Assembly (NCBI GenBank): GCA_963705165.1
Contig: CAVPJD010000011.1
Location: 96,001-160,000 of the forward strand
Reading direction: 5' to 3'
DNA from: an uncultured delta proteobacterium
GTDB lineage: Bacteria; Desulfobacterota; Syntrophia; Syntrophales; UBA2192
Length of the DNA: 64,000 nt
Shown here one piece after another: positions 59,860 through 64,000 of this stretch; the stretch's first letter is position 1, and every line of letters starts with the position of its first letter. Below the pieces are notes generated by a model. It had not been told where the DNA came from. It saw only the letters and a list, made by a program, of their open reading frames with translations, and made no database searches. A program made the position numbers and the translations under genes.

Positions 59860-61965
59860 ATGCTGACCAAAAAAAACGGGTTCACGTTACCCTGGAGATT
59901 TGAGATCTCCTTCGATCGCGGGGCGGCGTTCGCGTTTGTCGCTCTTTTTGCAACCCTGCTGCTCATCTATTCGAACAGCTTCAAAGGCGAGTGGCATTTC
60001 GATGACTTCGTCAACATCGTCGAGAACCGATGTGTCCATCTGGAACGTATCAGCCCGAATGACCTTTCGCGGTCCCTCTACGGCATCACCTGCGAAGCGG
60101 CGGAACGACGGATTTCCCGCCCTGTTGTTTACGGAAGTTTTGCCCTGAATTATCTCTTCGGCGGAACGGACGTCATCGGTTACCATGTCGTCAATTTCGT
60201 CATTCATTTTACCGCAGCCTTTTTCCTGTTTCTCCTGATCAGGGTGACACTTACACTGCCGACCATGAAAGAGCGGTACGGCAGCATCGCCTACCCCGTC
60301 GCCCTGCTGTCAGCGTTCCTCTGGGCAACAAGCCCGCTGCACGTCCACGCCGTAACGATCATTGTACAGCGGATGGCGAGCCTTGCAGGACTGGGTTACG
60401 TCATGTCCCTCTACTTCTACGTAAGGGCGCGAACGGCAACAACCGGAAGAGGTGCAATCGTATTCTTTCTGCTCAGCGGTACAGGCGCCCTGGTGGCCTT
60501 CGGTACGAAGGAGAACACGGCCGTGTTGCCGATTGCCCTTTTGCTCTACGACCTCTTTTTCATCCAGGGGATATCGGCGGATTCCGCGAAGAAAACAATG
60601 AAATGGGCTGCCCTGCCTTTTGCAATCGTGCTGGTGCTGGGGTGGCTCTACACAGATTTCTCTATGGAGCGTGCCGTCTACGAGTCCGGGGTGAGACCCT
60701 TTTCGCCGATGGAGCGGCTCATGACACAGGGGAGGGTACTCTTTTTCTATGTGTCTTTGCTTCTGTACCCCATCCCTTCTAGATTGACGCTTCTTCACGA
60801 TATCGACATCTCGCGCACGCTCTTCGATCCATGGACAACATTGGCCGCAATCGTTGGGATCGTTATCTGCCTGCTTTTTACCGCCCTGAAGGCAAAGAAG
60901 TACCCCCTGCTCTCATTCGCCATCCTCTTCTTCTTCCTGAATCACCTCGTGGAGGGGACGGTGATTCCCTTGGAGCTTATCTTCGAGCACCGCAACTACA
61001 TTCCATCGATGTTCTTCTTCGTGCCGATAGCGTTCGGGATTATCCGCTGCCTGGACTATTTCTCCTACAGCAGGGGCTTTCAGGTTTTCCTGGCCGCAGG
61101 CTTCGCACTGCTCCTGGCTTTCCAGGGGCACACGACCTTCGAGCGAAACGACATTGTCCGCTCCGATGTCCATCTCTGGCTCGACAATGTCAGGAAGGCC
61201 CCCGACCTCAGCCGCCCCCGCATCAATCTGGCAAAGCAATATTATGAAGCAGGGATGTACGAGGAGGCCGTGCGCGAGATGAAAACCGCCGAAGAGCTGA
61301 ACCGGGACACCAATCTCAGGCAGATCGGCCTTGCATCTTACAATTTGGGGGTCTACTACCTCTACCAGGCAAAGGATATCGACCGTGCCGAGCAACAGTT
61401 TCTCAAGACCCTGGAGCGATTCCCGGGTCACACCTCCGCAATCGTAGGCCTGGCAACGGTTCACCTCAGAAGAGGGAATGTAGAAAAGGCATGGGTCCTC
61501 ATGCAGGAGCATGCGCCCAGGCACCGCAACGACGTGGAGATGATCAACGGTTACGGGCTGGTGCTCCTGAAAAAGGGGAATGCGCAGGGCGCGCTCAAGG
61601 CGGCGGCATTGTCCATGAGCCTCAAATGGAACGACCCGCAGTCCTGGGAGATATCGGGAGAGGCATGGCGGATGCTCGGGCAGTGGCAGAAGGCCGCCCA
61701 GTGCTGGGAAGAGGCCCTGCGCCTGAACCCGGTTAACCCGCGAGCGCAGCTGGCCCTCGTGGAACTATATGATCGGTTGAAGGACGGCCCGGCCCTTTCC
61801 CGCATGGCGGCGCGATGCATGGCGCTCAAGGGTACAAAGCCCCTGGATGAATGGCTTGCCGAACTCGCCGGTAATTCCGGGGTGTCGGCGTATGAGGTGA
61901 ATCCCGGGATGCTGGGCCGGATTATTCGGAGGGAAATCGGCAGGGAGTTGACTCGGAGGAGATGA
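59860..61965 (+). CDS. TMTC-like GT-C membrane glycosyltransferase with C-terminal TPRs
   Basis: WHFDD..I..N, RPV..SFALNY, YHVVN..IH, P.HVHAVT.IVQR, KEN, EHRNYIPS, LW.D, then TPRs. Confidence 0.85.
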   Translation: MLTKKNGFTLPWRFEISFDRGAAFAFVALFATLLLIYSNSFKGEWHFDDFVNIVENRCVHLERISPNDLSRSLYGITCEAAERRISRPVVYGSFALNYLFGGTDVIGYHVVNFVIHFTAAFFLFLLIRVTLTLPTMKERYGSIAYPVALLSAFLWATSPLHVHAVTIIVQRMASLAGLGYVMSLYFYVRARTATTGRGAIVFFLLSGTGALVAFGTKENTAVLPIALLLYDLFFIQGISADSAKKTMKWAALPFAIVLVLGWLYTDFSMERAVYESGVRPFSPMERLMTQGRVLFFYVSLLLYPIPSRLTLLHDIDISRTLFDPWTTLAAIVGIVICLLFTALKAKKYPLLSFAILFFFLNHLVEGTVIPLELIFEHRNYIPSMFFFVPIAFGIIRCLDYFSYSRGFQVFLAAGFALLLAFQGHTTFERNDIVRSDVHLWLDNVRKAPDLSRPRINLAKQYYEAGMYEEAVREMKTAEELNRDTNLRQIGLASYNLGVYYLYQAKDIDRAEQQFLKTLERFPGHTSAIVGLATVHLRRGNVEKAWVLMQEHAPRHRNDVEMINGYGLVLLKKGNAQGALKAAALSMSLKWNDPQSWEISGEAWRMLGQWQKAAQCWEEALRLNPVNPRAQLALVELYDRLKDGPALSRMAARCMALKGTKPLDEWLAELAGNSGVSAYEVNPGMLGRIIRREIGRELTRRR

Positions 61966-61994
61966 TTGAGGGTAGTGCGTTTTATGAGGTCGCG

Positions 61995-62369
61995 CTATTT
62001 CGGCAACAGCCACACGCCGCTGTTGGTGCCCGGCACGCCGCCTATGCCTGAGGCAATAATTTTGATGTCCGACGAAGCCCCCGCGAGTGAAAAACTCAGG
62101 GTGTAGTCTCCCACACTTGTCGTGTTGCCGACGGCTAAGACAAGGCTGGTGGCGCCCGGCGGCGAAGCATTCTCCAGGAAAAGCCTGGCGTAATTTATGG
62201 AGAGACGGGCCTTGCCCTCCGTCACGGCCTGAAGGGCCGCTTTGTTCTGTGATTCCCGGGTGATATCGTAGAATTTGGGAACGGCAATAGAGGCGAGGAC
62301 CCCGAGGATGACGAGAGTCGCTATCAGCTCGATCAGGGTGAACCCCCTCTGAGAACGGCGCAAAGACAT
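61995..62369 (-). CDS. Type IV pilin (paralog 2)
   Basis: QRG|FTLIELIATLVILGVLASIAVPKF. Confidence 0.92.
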   Translation of the reverse strand: MSLRRSQRGFTLIELIATLVILGVLASIAVPKFYDITRESQNKAALQAVTEGKARLSINYARLFLENASPPGATSLVLAVGNTTSVGDYTLSFSLAGASSDIKIIASGIGGVPGTNSGVWLLPK

Positions 62370-62437
62370 AGACGCGTTACAGCCTCATTCCTGTATTTTA
62401 CAACCGGAACAAACCCGCAATCGCCGTCTTTGCGACA

Positions 62438-62465
62438 AGGAAGCGGTCCTGCAGACCGCTTCCTC
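62438..62465 (-). terminator. Hairpin between the two pilin genes
   Basis: AGGAAGCGGTC CTGCA GACCGCTTCCT. Confidence 0.55.
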
Positions 62466-62541
62466 CTCGAGAGGAGGAACGATACGACGAAAGGCCGCAA
62501 AGCAGTAGCCTCCGTCCATCGATCCTGTTATACAATACTGG

Positions 62542-62940
62542 CTATTGCGGTCTGATCCAGACGCTTGAGTTCGTCCCTTTAACGGATCCGACTCCGTCCG
62601 CTTTCACGTTGATTTGAGAATTTGAAACTTTCGTAAAGGTTAATGTGTAGTCCCCTGCATTCTTGAGAGTCGGGTCTACTACATTAACCTGGTTCAGCAT
62701 AAAATCCACGGTGCTTGTCGTGGATGAAAGAAGGTTCCTCGCAAACTGATTGGACAGCCTGGATTTTCCCTCGGCGACGGCCTGCATGGCGGCTTTGTCC
62801 GATGCGACACTCGTCAGGTCCATGAACCTGGGAATGGCGACGGCCGCGAGAATCCCCAGGATCACCAGCACGGCAATGATTTCGATCAACGTAAAACCTT
62901 TCTGATTACTCACTTTCGATCGCCTCCTTGACATGGTCAC
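62542..62940 (-). CDS. Type IV pilin (probable major pilin)
   Basis: QKG|FTLIEIIAVLVILGILAAVAIPRF with strong RBS GAAGGAGG. Confidence 0.92.
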   Translation of the reverse strand: MTMSRRRSKVSNQKGFTLIEIIAVLVILGILAAVAIPRFMDLTSVASDKAAMQAVAEGKSRLSNQFARNLLSSTTSTVDFMLNQVNVVDPTLKNAGDYTLTFTKVSNSQINVKADGVGSVKGTNSSVWIRPQ

Positions 62941-63243
62941 AAGCCCTCCTTCACATTGTAGATTTCTCTCTCTTCAGACTCCGTAAACCCCATTTATCGC
63001 ACGTTCGTGCGGCGACCGGCGGCACACCAGATTCCCCAACCAGGTGTACCTGTCCGAAAGGTGGCGCATTCTAAACTATTTCGTCCCGTTTTTCCACAGT
63101 TTTTCAGCCTCCAGGGCCCCTGGAGATCATCCCCGCACTGCTTGCCGGCCTGCTGAAACATGCAGGGTCAAAACCCCTGGTCAACGGGTGATCCATCACC
63201 ACCGACGGATGCCGGTCCTTCAAAATGACCTGCACAACGTCGG

Positions 63244-63259
63244 AGCATCATCCATGCCA
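63244..63259 (-). promoter_or_regulatory. Sigma54 promoter upstream of the pilin genes
   Basis: Minus-strand TGGCATGGATGATGCT (GG-N10-GC). Confidence 0.6.
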
Positions 63260-63398
63260 CGGGGAAAGGCAGTCAACCCGTAAAATAAAAAGGCCGCGGG
63301 TTTTCAGCACCTTAAACATGCTTTTTCCGTGCCGGGAGGACTCACCGGACCCGTTTGCGGCAGGGAAAACTGACATAAATTGTTGTAATGTCTACATA

Positions 63399-64000
63399 TT
63401 ATGTAGATTTCCTGATCGTTGTGACGTCGATGTCGTACTTTTTCACCCGGTGCCAGAGGCTTCGCTCCTTGATCCCCAGTATCTGGGCGGCCTTGACCTG
63501 GACCCCGTCGGCCCGGGTGAGGGCATCGATGATAAACCGTTTCTCGATCTCCGCAAGCCGGTCATCGATGCTGGCCTGCTCGGAAACCTCCTGTATGGCC
63601 TGACCCACCAGCCCCCCGGAGACCTGTACCGGAAGATGCTGGGGCTCGATGAGCCCGTTTTCCGTCATGACGGCTGCCCGTTCGATGACGTTCTTGAGTT
63701 CCCGGACGTTGCCGGGCCAGTGAAACCCCATGAGGGTCTGCAGGGCCTTCGGCGAGATCTCCGCCGTTTTCGGCGCCGTTTCAACGAATCCCTGGGCGAG
63801 AGAAGGAATATCCTCCCGACGTTCTCTCAGGGGGGGAAGGTGGAGGGAAAAGACATTTAGACGGTAGAAAAGATCTTCCCTGAATTTCCCTTCCTGGACA
63901 ATTTTCATGAGGTTCTTGTTCGTCGATGCGATGAAGCGGACGTCGACCCGGATCGTCTTTGTCCCGCCCACCCGCTCGAACTCCTTTTCCTGCAGGACCC
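63399..64000 (-). CDS. Sigma54-dependent activator, C-terminal part (PilR-like by position; runs off the right edge)
   Basis: FREDLFYRLNV, WPGNVRELKN, HTH. Confidence 0.88.
   Translation of the reverse strand, partial: VLQEKEFERVGGTKTIRVDVRFIASTNKNLMKIVQEGKFREDLFYRLNVFSLHLPPLRERREDIPSLAQGFVETAPKTAEISPKALQTLMGFHWPGNVRELKNVIERAAVMTENGLIEPQHLPVQVSGGLVGQAIQEVSEQASIDDRLAEIEKRFIIDALTRADGVQVKAAQILGIKERSLWHRVKKYDIDVTTIRKST

Noticed and set aside
61995..62940. Electrically conductive (e-pili) pilins
   Set aside because: A manual count gives 7/117 and 8/115 aromatic residues (6-7%) in the mature pilins, below the commonly used ~9% heuristic.
63260..63380. c-di-GMP/GEMM riboswitch upstream of the pilins
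   Set aside because: No GGCAAAC..GAAA..GACGCAAA consensus found on either strand.

Overview
A 64-kb GC-rich chromosomal window. The gene content (many sigma54 systems, probable selenoproteins, type IV pili) suggests an anaerobic deltaproteobacterium, probably Syntrophales-like; that assignment is inference. From left to right it holds: an HgcC-like/arsM/methyltransferase operon containing a probable UGA-selenoprotein; a second probable selenoprotein (CoA-disulfide reductase/NADH oxidase family); an acetylene-hydratase-family molybdo/tungstoenzyme; an amidohydrolase that looks like a lone integron cassette (attI-like site and textbook attC, no intI); a ZraPSR-like system; uvrC/uvrB; rpmH-rnpA-yidD-yidC-jag-mnmE; a promoter-bearing, ~345-nt, highly structured ORF-less region (candidate ncRNA); a sirtuin/NRDE/TrpF/NUDIX/HDAC cluster; signalling kinases; an aminotransferase-BKACE pair; a second Spy/HK/RR system facing a candidate sigma54-dependent sRNA; and a type IV pilus locus. 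The pilus locus has two PilT paralogs, minor pilins behind an ECF sigma/anti-sigma pair, glycosylation genes including a TMTC-like GT-C, two paralogous pilins and a PilR-like activator. The most unusual object is a 1223-aa ORF that fuses two prepilins through an internal CFI-box-CTERM-like domain, a candidate polyprotein split by prepilin peptidase. Intergenic regions carry many degenerate 7-9-mer tandem repeats and small REP/MITE-like elements. No rRNA, tRNA or CRISPR array was seen. All product calls come from motif recognition by eye, not from database searches.
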